Shown: piece after piece, positions 41,770 through 53,699 of the stretch | How the letters are laid out: every line of letters starts with the position of its first letter | How positions within the stretch are numbered: position 1 is the stretch's first letter | From: Neoconidiobolus thromboides FSU 785 | Lineage: Eukaryota > Fungi > Entomophthoromycota | Length of the DNA stretch: 64,000 bases | Reading direction: 5' to 3' | Assembly: GCA_025603075.1 (NCBI GenBank) | Contig: MU626295.1 | Coordinates: 75,875 to 139,874 of the forward strand | Notes under the pieces: model-generated | Told to the model about the DNA's origin: nothing | Seen by the model: only the letters and a program-made list of their open reading frames with translations | Database searches by the model: none | Position numbers and translations under genes: made by a program

Positions 41770-42790
41770 TTAAATTATCCAGTTCAAAGCTCCTAACTCT
41801 AGTTGGTTCGAGATTTGAGGAAAAGGATAAGAAACAAATAGTTTTATCAATTGAATAAAATTACTAACATTGATTGTGATCCTTTTTACAAACTTGCATA
41901 TACATAAACTATAGTTAGTGGTATTTTCAACCGTATTACTATTTTTTGAAAATATAGTCAAACACTTAATACAAATATTTTGAATATTTGATAGTAAAAA
42001 AATTGATGCCAATAACTTTTTTGATACCCTTTAAATATTCTTTTTTGGTGTTAATAATTTTAATAAATCATGGTTGGTTGATTCTGACAGATCAAGATGC
42101 TCAAAAGAAATAATACTACTTTCTTCAACTATATTCTTGCCATTATTCAATCTTAAAATGGCTTCACAAGCGTTAATTAATTATATATTTTTGAATTCCT
42201 TAAGATCCCTAAAGTAGTTAAACCCAAGGAAAGGATTATAATTTACCTTGAATTATTAAGTCTAAATGAGAAATAAAGCTTATATATATTATAACCAATT
42301 GGGATAGAAATATTACTAAATGATTTTAAATGTAAGTGCTTTTAAATTTGTAAACTTCTTTTTAATTACACCAAACTATTAGTATAAAGACCATGATCAA
42401 AAAGTTATCTTAAGTGATTTTGATTTGATTAGATTCAAATGTCTAATAAATACCCTCATGTTCCCGCTAATACCTGAAATTTCAAAAGCTTCCAGCTAAT
42501 ATAAATAATCTTCAAATAGATTTAATAACATATTAACATGCTCTTTTGGTGCCTTTATTGCTATTCTCTTTAATTCTGACAATTGATTTTCAGACTTATT
42601 ATTGTTTATACAAAAATTATAGCTAGTTTTATCAATTGTAATAAAAGTTAAATTTGGACAACAGTATGGGGATTCAACTGTGAAACTTCTTGTTACTGAA
42701 TGCTTCGTTGTCTTCTCATTTTTCAAATACTTCCAAATCATTTTTCTTTATCATAATAAATATTTACAAATACGTATCTATCACTAATAC
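41770..42790 (-). pseudogene. Decayed LRR/RNI-like family member
   Basis: CPNLTFITID...LSELKRIAI...LEAFEISGISGNMRVFIRHLNLIKSKSLKI with stops. Confidence 0.35.
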
Positions 42791-42999
42791 ATGTGTTAGT
42801 CTATATTGAATAGTTTTCTTTAGAGCACAAGATAAATATTTATTTGAAAAGCGTAGTTTATGCTATTCCATTATTCCTACGAGTTTAAATATCTTATATA
42901 ATAAACCATTGTGTATTTGTTTACACATTAGTATAAAATTTGATTTTAAAAAGAATCATAGCAGTTTATAGAATTTATTGATTCAAATAACTTTATATA

Positions 43000-43085
43000 G
43001 GGATTAAGAATGTATTTTAAGAATTTACTATCCTATTCAAATGACGGCTTGAAAAATAAGTGATGAGATAAAAAAACATACCAGA
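43000..43085 (+). mobile_element. Heavily decayed MITE
   Basis: TTAAGAATTTACTA...TCAAAT...GTGATGAGATAAAAAAACATACC. Confidence 0.45.
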
Positions 43086-43852
43086 TGGTGATATAATAAG
43101 ATACAGAATATTTCATTTTATATAGTTAAACAATAATATGCTATGAAAGTAAAGTAATTTTTGTAATTTATTTTGAGTTGGTTTTTATATTGACTAATAT
43201 TTTATTTTTGCAAAAGATACTTTACAGTGTTATGTTCAACTAAGAAGTTAGTATGAGTATCCCTGTATTTATGCAAACGATGTATACCATTATTTGTATA
43301 ATTAATTTCATTTTTAAAACCCCCATAGTTTAGTAGATTTTCAAGAGTAAAAGTTGATAGCTTTTTTAGCCTATAATTAGTTGTCAATATACTCTTTTCT
43401 CCTTAATAATTTCAAAGATTCAATTGAAAATAAGGAGCTTAACTTTAGTTAAATTAATTGTATAGCCTTGTTTTTTGACTTATTTTTGGCTTAATTTTTA
43501 AGACTAGTTATTTTGAATGTAATAAGTTTATAATCTATTTTCAGTTATTAAAAAGTAGTGTATATAATTTTATCAATTTGGTAATAACTTGGAATGTATT
43601 TTATGAAGTAATTTTATTTAACAGTATAGATCACAAGCTTTTTTTCATAGCGCAGTAAGCTCAGTGCAATAATTCTAATTCAAATTTTGAAATGGGAAAA
43701 ACCCATAAAAATAAAGGGATTGATCCTAAAAACGGGACAAAACATTAGTTCTTAAAACAACAAATATCTCCTTTGAGTTAAATATAACTAAAAAGTAAAA
43801 CAAATAACTATATAATTTAAGAAGGATATTAATTATTAGCTAGCTTGAAATA

Positions 43853-46650
43853 ATGTCTCGTTTCTTTAAAGGGGATTCCGATAGCGATTCTGAAACCTCC
43901 TCCTCTGAGGAGTCCTACATGTCTGATGATATGTCACAAGATGACTTTTCTCAAGGTAAAGAATCAGACTCAGACGGATCAGATAAGTCAGATGATGAAG
44001 CTTCACCAAATGCATGGTTCAAAAAAGATGATAATGATGATTCTGATGATGAAGAAGACTCAAAAAAGATAGTCAAGTCTGCTAAAGATAAAAGATTTGA
44101 TGAGATTGAAGCTTGCCGAAAAAGCATAGAAAATTATTTAAAAATTAATGACTGGGTTTCAAGTTCTAATGGTATATTATAAATCAGTTTTAAAGCTTTT
44201 GACTAATGGTTTAGAATATGAAAAAATGAATAAAACGGTTGCTAAGCTTAAGTTAACTAGCATTAAACCACCAACGAGCTACTTCAATGCTCTTATTATA
44301 TTAGAGGATGGGCTAAATGAAGCTACCAAAGAAAAGAAGAAAATGAACGCACCTAACTCCAAAGCTATGAATTCTTTAAAGCAAAAATTAAAGAAGAATA
44401 ATAGAGATTATGAAAAACAAATCAAGATTCTTCGTGAGGTAAATCAAAATTTAAACTAATAGTTTAAGTTTCTCATTTTGTTAGGGAGGTGAGCTTGACG
44501 AACCAGCTCCAGAAGCTCCAGCTCCAGTGGTAATTTGCATTTGATTACTTTTTTTATAAATTAACTTTTTATTAGACCTCTAAACGGTTAGTTTCAAGAT
44601 TATCAAATATAACTAAATTAAATTAAACTTTTGTTAGCAATAAAAAGGTTGCTTTTGAAACTCGCGAGGAGAGCGATGATGGTGGTTTTACTTCAGTAGG
44701 GAAGGGTGGAAGGAAGAATGATATCACTTCTGATATGGTTTTGAAGAAATTAAAAGAAATCATACAAGCTCGTGGTAAAAAGGTAATATCCTATTGGAAA
44801 TTTTGATGACTTTAATTGACTTCAATTACACTTAGAATACTGATAAAGGAGAACAAGTTAGTCTTCTCCAAAAATTATTTGAAGCTGCTTCTACCCCTCG
44901 CCATAAAATCAAAGTGTTATTTGTCCTTATTTCATCTCGCCTTGATTATGGTTCTGGAATCGGAAATTTCACTCCAGTAGATACATGGAGAAAGTAATTT
45001 TAATTGATACTTTTGTTAAACATTTTACTAATATGATAATAGTGCTTTAAAAGAGATCAATTTGTTATTCAATATCCTTGAAGAATCAAGAGAAATCAAT
45101 ATTTCCGAATCCTTTGAAGATGTTGATGAAGAGGATCCAGATAATACCAAAGTAACATATACAATATAAGTTCAACTTAAATTTAATATTGTTTTTAGGA
45201 TTTAAATAATATTCAAGGGTCAGTCATTTCTTTAATTGAGCGTTTAGATGAGGAGCTTACTAAATCTTTACAAAATATTGATCCCCACACCAATGAATAC
45301 ATTGAACGTCTTTCTGATGAGCCATTACTTATCAGTTTAATACTTCGTAGTCAGCAATATTTTGAATCAAAAGAACAAACTAGTGAATATACTCGTGCTT
45401 TAGCTCGTGTTATTGAGCATTTGTACTATAAGCCCGATAATTTAGTTAGTGCCATCCAAAAGATTGCTCTTAAGAAACTTCCAAACTTAGCCTTAAAGCA
45501 GATTGATTTTGCTTCTGAGCCATCTGATTTGATATCCCAATTATGCGCCTATATGTATACTCATGCTGAACCCCTCCTTCGTACTCGAGCTATGCTTTAT
45601 CATATATATAATGTTGCTTTCCATGGACATTATTATACCGCTCGTGATATGTTATTAATGTCTCATCTCCAAGAATCTATTCATCAAGCAGATGTTCCAA
45701 CAATGATCTTATATAATAGAACTATGGTCCAAATTGGTATTGCTGCTTTCAAGCAAGGCCTCATCCGTGAATCTCTTAACTGTTTACAAGAAATTTATAA
45801 CAGCGGTAGAGTTAAGGAAATGCTTGGACAAGGTGTAACTCAACAAAGACACAATAATCCTAATACTGAACAGGAGCGCTTAGAGAAACTTAGGATGCTT
45901 CCATTCCATTTACATATCAACTTGGAATTATTAGAATGTATTTACCTTACCTCTTCCTTCCTTTTGGAAATCCCTAACATGGCTCGCGCTGGTTCTAATC
46001 CTGATGCTCGTAAAAACATAATCAGCAAAGCCTTCCGTAGACTTCTAGATCAATCTAATCGTCAAATTTTCTGTGGACCACCAGAAAATACTCGTGAGCA
46101 TATTATTTCAGCAGCCAAATCATTATCTTCTGGTGATTGGGAAGAAGCTAAGGAATACGTATGGAGTATTAAGATATGGGAACTTTTGCCAGAAAAAGAT
46201 AAAGTTTTACAAGTATTGGCTAACAAGATACAGGAAGAAGGGTTGCGTACTTATCTCTTTTCTTACTCTGCTTATTACAGTACTTTAAGTTTAGAGCAAC
46301 TTTCTGAAATGTTCGGATTGAGTAAGCAAATGGTTATTAGTATTGTAAGTAAAATGATATGGAATGAAGAGCTAGTTGCCGGACTTGATCAATCAAGGGA
46401 CATCGTAGTGTTGCATTCTGAAGAGCTTTCAAAAGTACAATTATTGGGCGTATTAATTGGAGAGAAGCTTACCTCTATTGTTGAAGTTAATCAAAAAGGA
46501 TTTGATTCTAAGATGGCTGAGCTAGACACCCAATACCATACACAAGATCGCCGTAAAGGAACTCAAACTCAAGGAAAGAAGCAAATTGATCATAAGTATA
46601 ATTCTAATAAGCCTCGCCGCAATTTCAATCAGACCAACCGTGCTAAATAA
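43853..46650 (+). CDS. NIP1: Translation initiation factor 3 subunit C, multi-exon
   Basis: MSRFF acidic N-terminus, SAKDKRFDE, ARGKK, LDEELTKSLQNIDPH, LRTRAML, LPFHLHINLELLE, GPPENTREH, PCI-domain region. Confidence 0.96.
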
Positions 46651-46933
46651 GGATCTTTTATAAAAATTTTAGATTGTAAAATCATCTTTTGTTTTTATAC
46701 ACTCCCTTTTCCCACTACATAAATCTATCATTATGTTTTAAATAAAATTTATAAGATTAGATTCTCATAGAACTAAATTTTAGTTAAATAATGGTGTTTG
46801 ATATATTTATATATTTTATAATGTTTAAAAGCTTAAACTACTACTTTTTGTTTACTATAAAACTTACTAATAAACTTCGAAATATCTTTCATTTTTGTTT
46901 AAATGAAAATCAAGGTTTATAAATCAAGCATAT

Positions 46934-47033
46934 GAGGACGTGTTTTTTTGTTTAAGAATTTTACTAGTAAGTTTTTCTATCTAAATAGCGCTTAAAAAAT
47001 GGAAAAAGTAATAAAATCAAAAAAAACACTCCC
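46934..47033 (+). mobile_element. ~100-bp MITE
   Basis: ATAT|GAGGACG...CACTCCC|GTAT. Confidence 0.8.
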
Positions 47034-47242
47034 GTATATAAACTGATAATAAAAAATAATCTTAAGTATAGTTTTTCCATTTAAAAATCTTAAATACAGG
47101 ATCGAAATGAAATATACATATATATTTGAATGCTAATACTAATAATTACTAAATAAATAATAAATAAATCTTTCAAATAATCTATTTATTGGTACGAAAC
47201 GTGGTAAATCTATAAATATCCTTTTATTTCAATTATGGACCA

Positions 47243-48476
47243 TTATTCCCCTTTCTTACTTTTCTTCCTTGTCTGTTTACCAACTTGTTCAGTACTTGGT
47301 TTCTTCTGAGTAATCTTTTTGCCATTACCAGCTTTGATGCCATTGTTAGATTTAGCTTTAACTTGTTCTTTAATCTCTTCCTTAGCATCTTCTTTTACTA
47401 CTTTTTTGGTCTCTTTTTTAGCTTCTTTTGTGACCTCCTTTTTAATTTCTTCTTTGGTTTGAGTTTCTGTTGTTTCTTCTTCCTCACTACTGCCTACTGC
47501 TTCATTTGAGCTTTCTTTTTTTGCCTCTTCCAAGTCAAAAGCGTTTTGTATTTTACCATAAATTGGAAGACCAGGAGAATCAGCTACTTTGACGGAAATT
47601 GACTGGACTGAGTCCATATTGTTAGAAAAATATTTTGTTACCGAGCGAATAGCAGTTTCTATATTTTCCACAAGCTGACTAGCAGTTAATTTCTCAGTGC
47701 CAATTTTAAGTTGTCTAAAGTAATTGAGCTTATAAATTTAAAATACAATCAAATAACTTACAATAAATTTCCAGTTGGAAGGTAAACGCTACACTTCTTC
47801 AATCCTTTTTCGACTTGGAATTTTAAATTGCTATTTATACGAATTGGGGCTGGTAGTCTAATACAAAGGTTAACAAGGTTAATTTACATATAGGTAAAGC
47901 TTCTACTTTCTATTTTTGAAAAAAGTTTTTCCAAGGTAACTTGGTAACAAAGGTAACACCTTATCGTCTGCTAAAAATAAGTCGTGAGTTTGGCATAAGT
48001 TACGCTTTGCTTCAAAGGTTTTGTATTTTTGCTTAAGATCATCTATAGAAACAATCTAAAAATTGATTTAACTTTTAAATAATAAGGAAAAAGTTAGTTA
48101 CTTCATTAACTCCAGAAATTTTCATATTGGTTAAGGAGTCTGTTTCCTCTTTACTGATGGTTTTAGTTATGATACAGATAGAAGCATCTTCATTATATAT
48201 AGGATGTGGTAAATCACTAAATCTATATTAGGTCGAATTAAATTGATAACACTGATTAAAACTTACATGAATTGAGGGGAATACGTTTTATCGGGTATGT
48301 AGTTTAAAGAAATTAATAAAGAAAAGGATTCTAAATCTTTTAATAGATTGGTATCATTATCCTTGGTTTTTAAATATTCATTTAATGCGTTAACTGCTTT
48401 TTGTATCTAATTTATTAGTTAGCCACTATCGTTTTATTCTATTTAATTAGTTTACTTGAACTTTTTCTAATTCCAT
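47243..48476 (-). CDS. Ribosomal protein L1 domain-containing protein (UTP30/CIC1/RSL1D1-like), multi-exon
   Basis: KYKTFEAKRNLCQTHDLFLADDKVLPLLPSYLGKTF, RLPSNW, GTEKLTASQLVENIETA, SISVKVADSPGLPIY; K/E-rich tail. Confidence 0.85.
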
Positions 48477-48687
48477 TTTGAAAAACTCTTTTTTTGAAAA
48501 TTCGAACTTAATTTAAGTCCAAATCTCGGATCATTTAATCAAGTATTGGGACAATAATTTGGAAATTTTTGCACAAATAAATTATGAGGATAAAATTTTA
48601 TAAATAGTTTTTAATTCAGGTTGAACTTTTTTAAATATTTACCCTTCAAAATGCGAACAAAACACAGAGCCAATAGCACTTGTATAT

Positions 48688-48785
48688 GGGGATGTATTTT
48701 TTTGTTTGAGAATTTTACTAACAATCCTTCCACTCAAATAGCGCTTAAAAAATGGAGAAAGTAATGAAATCAAAGAAACATCCCC
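48688..48785 (+). mobile_element. ~100-bp MITE (near-consensus)
   Basis: ATAT|GGGGATG...CATCCCC|ATAT. Confidence 0.85.
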
Positions 48786-49204
48786 ATATTATAATAAATT
48801 TTAAAAGCTCTTAACTTGCCACGTTTTTAAGTAATTTTATATAATATTTTATCCAGCAAAACACTATCCAATTTATTAGCCACAATAGCTTTAAATTTTA
48901 TTATTTTGGAAGTTATTAAGATAATAAGACAAAATTTTATTTATAAAATCAAGTTTTATCTGTTTGTTATACAAGGGGAAGTCGAAAAGTTTACAAAATT
49001 AAGCACCTTTACTAATAAAAGATAAAGCTTTTTTGCATAAATTATTAATATTATATTAAAATTTAAAAAACAAATATATTTTTATTACTTTGAATAGAAT
49101 ACCATTAATTAATTAAATTCACAGCTTTCAGAACAACTTAGTTAAAACTTTATATTATAAAAATATAGAAAAAAATCAAAAAAGAGTTTCATTCAAGATC
49201 ATAT

Positions 49205-49303
49205 GGGGCTGTTTTTTTTGGCTTCATTACTTTTTCCATCTTTTAAGCGTTATTTGGGTGGAAAAATTGTTAGTAAAATTCTTAAATACAGAAATACATC
49301 CCC
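49205..49303 (-). mobile_element. ~100-bp MITE
   Basis: ATAT|GGGGCTG...CATCCCC|ATAT. Confidence 0.85.
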
Positions 49304-50099
49304 ATATATAAAATAAAGGTTGGGCTATCTTTTGGATTTATTTTTGATTTTTTTAGAGCTAATTATAAAAAAATTAGTAAAATAAAAATTAAAATAAAAA
49401 GTTCCAAAATATTAATATCTATTCTTAAATTAAATTAATTAATATTGATTTATTCAAATAAATATTATCATTATATTATATAAAATTTAGTATTTAAAGC
49501 TTCATTATTTTAAATTAATTATAAAAAGCTGAAAATTAGAAATTAAAGGAAAATTAAATCTATTAAATCTATTAGCTTTATAATTGATATAATACAATAA
49601 TTATTTAAATTGTTTATAAAACTAATTACAGCTTTATGATTTGTTTAATTAACTTCAAATGATTGTTGTTAAAAATTATCGTATTTTTAAGTCAGATATA
49701 GTTAATTTAAACTTTTTTTATTTAAATTTGCTATAAAAATTTGTATTATTTAATTATAAAAAATATTATCATGTTTTGTGTATATAGCTACCTAGTTGGA
49801 ATATAATCTTTCCTCAGTATAACGCTTTAAAGCTTTTTATTAAATTATTTCCTAATATTATATCCTTTAATAAAACTATTAAATCTTATGGAATTTTATA
49901 TAAATTATAATAATAATATTTTTTATCTTATTATATATTATTTTTACTAATTTAAGTTTATTTCTGTTATAAAAATTAAGATTTTTTAACTTATAACTAG
50001 TCAATAAATAAAAATTACTTGAACAGAAAAATTATTATTGAATTTTAAAAAAATTACATCTTAATAATATACTTTGTAATTATATTTTAAAGTTTTTAT

Positions 50100-50520
50100 T
50101 CTGAGATCTGGTACTCAGTGGTTGGAGTTGAAGGGTCTTAGTTTATGTAATTAAGATAGACTTGAATTGTGAAGAATAGCACTTGATAGGCTATGGGCTA
50201 TATAAGATAAATAGAGTAAACAATATTACTGTAAAATCTACATATAATATTAGTACAAGGATTTAGTGGCCATATTAAAGATACAATATCAGAGAATAAT
50301 TCAGTTAAAAAGCCTCAAGTTATTATGTCCTAAAATCTCTTATACTCCAACAAGTATAGATATCAAAACGAGAGGATAACATCCTTTGGGATGAATCTAG
50401 AAATTCTCATAGCAAATCAAAATAAAGGGCTTTAAACTGATTATCTTTGAACTTGAGAACATAACTCAAGTAACTGTTATATTATAATCAATCACAGAGC
50501 TGACAAAGCAATATTTCACA
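50100..50520 (+). mobile_element. Solo-LTR family copy 2 (internal deletion of ~40 bp)
   Basis: Colinear with 31692-32156 (ATCTGGTACTCAGTG ... GAATAATTCAGTTAAAAAGCCTC ... GCTGACAAAGCAATATTTCACA); no matching TSD. Confidence 0.75.
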
Positions 50521-51300
50521 ATGTTTTTTTGATTTTTTATTATAGAATTTTTAATATTTTTGATTATTTAAAAAACTACGCTACTTACTTTATAATAAAA
50601 AGCTTTAAATAACTATTTATGATTTTTAGATACAAAAAAATGTTAGTTTTAAGTTAATTATAGCTTATTAAAAAAATTCATATAAGCTAATAACTCTAAA
50701 CTATTTAATATATAAATATGCATTTTTTTATTTATATATTTTTTTATGTATAAGAGCGCTCTTTTTAATTATCACTTTTTCTGTTTTTTGAGTATTATGA
50801 GTGAAAAAGCTATTAATAAAATTTTTAAGTTAATTTTTTAATTAACTTTTTAACCTTTCTTTATAATTAAACTTGGTACAAAAAGTAGACTATAAAATAA
50901 ATTAGCGTTTTCTAAAGTTTTACTATTAGAAAAAAAATAGCTAAAATACATTTCAATACTTTTCAAACAAATGCATATATAAAACGCTTTTTTCAAAACT
51001 CAAGTTACAATTCATTTGTCATCTATACTTAAACAAAAGCCAAAACATAGAAGGATTATAGTAAAATTTGTTTAAAAAGCTTTTGATAAATCTGTTTTAT
51101 TACAAAGTAAGAATGAAATTAAATTAGACTCTTTGAGATTTCCTTTAAATAAGTGTTTGTAGCTGATTTATTTGATGTTAACACAATAAAAAAATAAATA
51201 TTAAACTAGTTTAAGTGATTAAAATTTATTTTAACTAAATCAGCTATATACTACTTTAAACGTTTAATTTTTAGATTATGATACCAAGTTAAAAGGCAGT

Positions 51301-53250
51301 GATCATAGAAGCCATACCAAAATAAGTGAAGACACTAAAGTGCCTTTATTGGATCTAATGCCGGATCAAAAAAAACAATAAAGAAAATAGCAGAGGATTT
51401 ATTCATTAACTGTAAGACTACATTATGCATCATGTTTGGAGAAAGAAGGAGCTTGGAAGAATCCTCAAGGTAAATAGCATTAAATACACAAGGGGTTAAT
51501 GGAATAAATACATAAGCCAAATATAAGCTAAGAGATAATAACTATAGAAAGCGTGTAAAAATAAGCAAACATGATAAGGAGGTTTTATTAGAGCTGATGT
51601 TTAATAAAAAAAACCAATAAAAGAAGCAACAGAGCAATTGCTAGTCAATTCAGGATCTGTAAAAGCTATTGTTTGTAATGAAAGAAAGAGATTAAAAAAG
51701 CTTAAAGAAGCAGGGAAAATAAATTCACAAGGAGCTATCAAATTAGAGAATCTCGATCCTAAAACCTGTAGCAAAATAAGCAATAAAACTAAAGAAACTT
51801 TATAGGATTTTGTAATTAACCAGGGAAGGTCTATAAAAGCTGCATCGGAATAGCTATCCATAAACTATGAGAGTGCAATCGAATATGTCAAATTAGAAAG
51901 AAGAAGGTCAAAATAAGAAGTGAATTCAGGTAAAACAAATGTGGAAGATGACAAACTAAAAAGTTTTTCACAAAATCTAATGCTAAGATAAATAGTGCTT
52001 CTAAAAAGGCGTTATCGGACCTAGTGTTTAATAAAGGAAAGTCTATAGAGGAGGCCGCGAAATAAATGTACATAAAATATGATAATGCAGGATTTATCGT
52101 TAGTGAAGAAAGGAAAAGACTAAAAAAAGTACAGATATAGAAAAATCAAATATCCAAAGCAATGATGAAATGGATGCTTGGAGTAGCGATAAAATATATG
52201 CTGAAAATAGCTATGATATAAGCATCCAGGAAGGCAGTGAAACGTGCAATACTCAAAGACTTGAAGCGGATAGCAAAATAAGTGATAAAACTAAGAAGAC
52301 TTTGTTGCTATCAATGGATGATCAATAGATAGTTGTAGAAAACAAACCAAGGCAGATATACATTAACTATTAGAATAGAGAAATGGCGTTTGAAAAGAAA
52401 AAAAATGACCAAATGAAATTATAAAAATGGAAGATGAAGAATACAGCTTGATGTAATTTTAACCGAACAACTAATCGCTGAACTTGATAGAATTCTTAAA
52501 GAAACTAATAATTATACTTTAAAGAGAATAAAAAGAATCGTATAATCGAACACATGTCAAGTTAGGATTGCCCTTGGTGGGTGAAGCGTTAAAGTTGTTG
52601 AAAGTGACTCTCAAAAATCCGAGTTACGCATTAGATAAAGTAAATGAAAAATCAGCTATACTTAAAAGAGCAGAGTATGCTATAAGTTTTATCCAATATT
52701 ATACTAATAATAGCGAGAATTACATATTTATTCATGAATCAGGTTTCAATTATCATTTAAATAAAACAAAAATCCGACTTTTAAGTGGAAAGAAGACGCT
52801 TGTAACTATTCCGAATACAAAAGGCACAAAACAAACATCAATACTTACAGTCTCTTGGAGAGGCATACTCTGTTATGCCTTATCTGATGTGTATAAAGTT
52901 GAAAAATTTGCCATATTTAAAGAATTGATTACTATCATTAGTAAGATCCAAAATACAAAGAGGTCTTGGATATTTATAGACAATATAAGAGTCCATGGAG
53001 TTCAAGAAGCAGAAAAAGCATTAACTGATACTAACCATCAATTTAAATTATTACCAATATATTCTTATATGCTAAATCTGGCAGAACATGTGGGTGTTTT
53101 TTTATTCCATTACTTTTTCCATCTTTTAAGCACTATTTGAGTGGGAAATTTGTTAGTAAAATTCTTAGGCACAAAAATACATCCCTATACATATTCAAAT
53201 ATCAAAATTTATATAAAATCATTTTTAATATTGTATTTAAATCCTCCAAG
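51301..53250 (+). mobile_element. IS630/Tc1-mariner-type transposase pseudogene, preceded by ~4.5 tandem HTH repeats and interrupted by a MITE
   Basis: YIFIHESGFN (normally IFIDESGF), IFIDNIRVH, LLPIYSYMLNLAEH..SNIK (normally LPPYSPxLNPIE); frameshifts and stops upstream. Termini not identified. Confidence 0.8.
53092..53186 (-). mobile_element. MITE inserted in the Tc1/IS630 relic
   Basis: Core CCATCTTTTAAGCACTATTTGAGTGG...TTAGTAAAATTCTTA...TACATCCCT; flanks ATGT/ATAC. Confidence 0.75.
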
Positions 53251-53699
53251 TATAAAATTTAGTATGGAAATTATCATTGAACAGGCTACTTCAACAATTA
53301 ACGATACAAGCCATAAAGGTTGCTTTTATGATATGATAAAAAATACAATGTCAACTTTACAAAAAAATCCTTTTTAGTAAGCTTCAAATTAAAGCATCTT
53401 AAATAAAAGTATAAATAGTACATCAATACTCCGTAAAATCAGCATATAAAAAGATTTGCTAAAATATTCTTATGACCTTTTTTAGTCAAACTTAACCTTA
53501 TCAAAAAAAGAAGTTTTTGTTATTTAGATGGACAGGTGTTCTATAGGAATGCTAATAACTTAATACTAGTAAAGCATAAGTGTTAAAACATGACTAAGTA
53601 AACTTAATGCTATTTGAACAAAAAAATTGTATTAAAACAAGTATTATTATCATTTTGTTTCAAAATAAGAGTTCAATTTATTATTATTTTAGTTAATAA

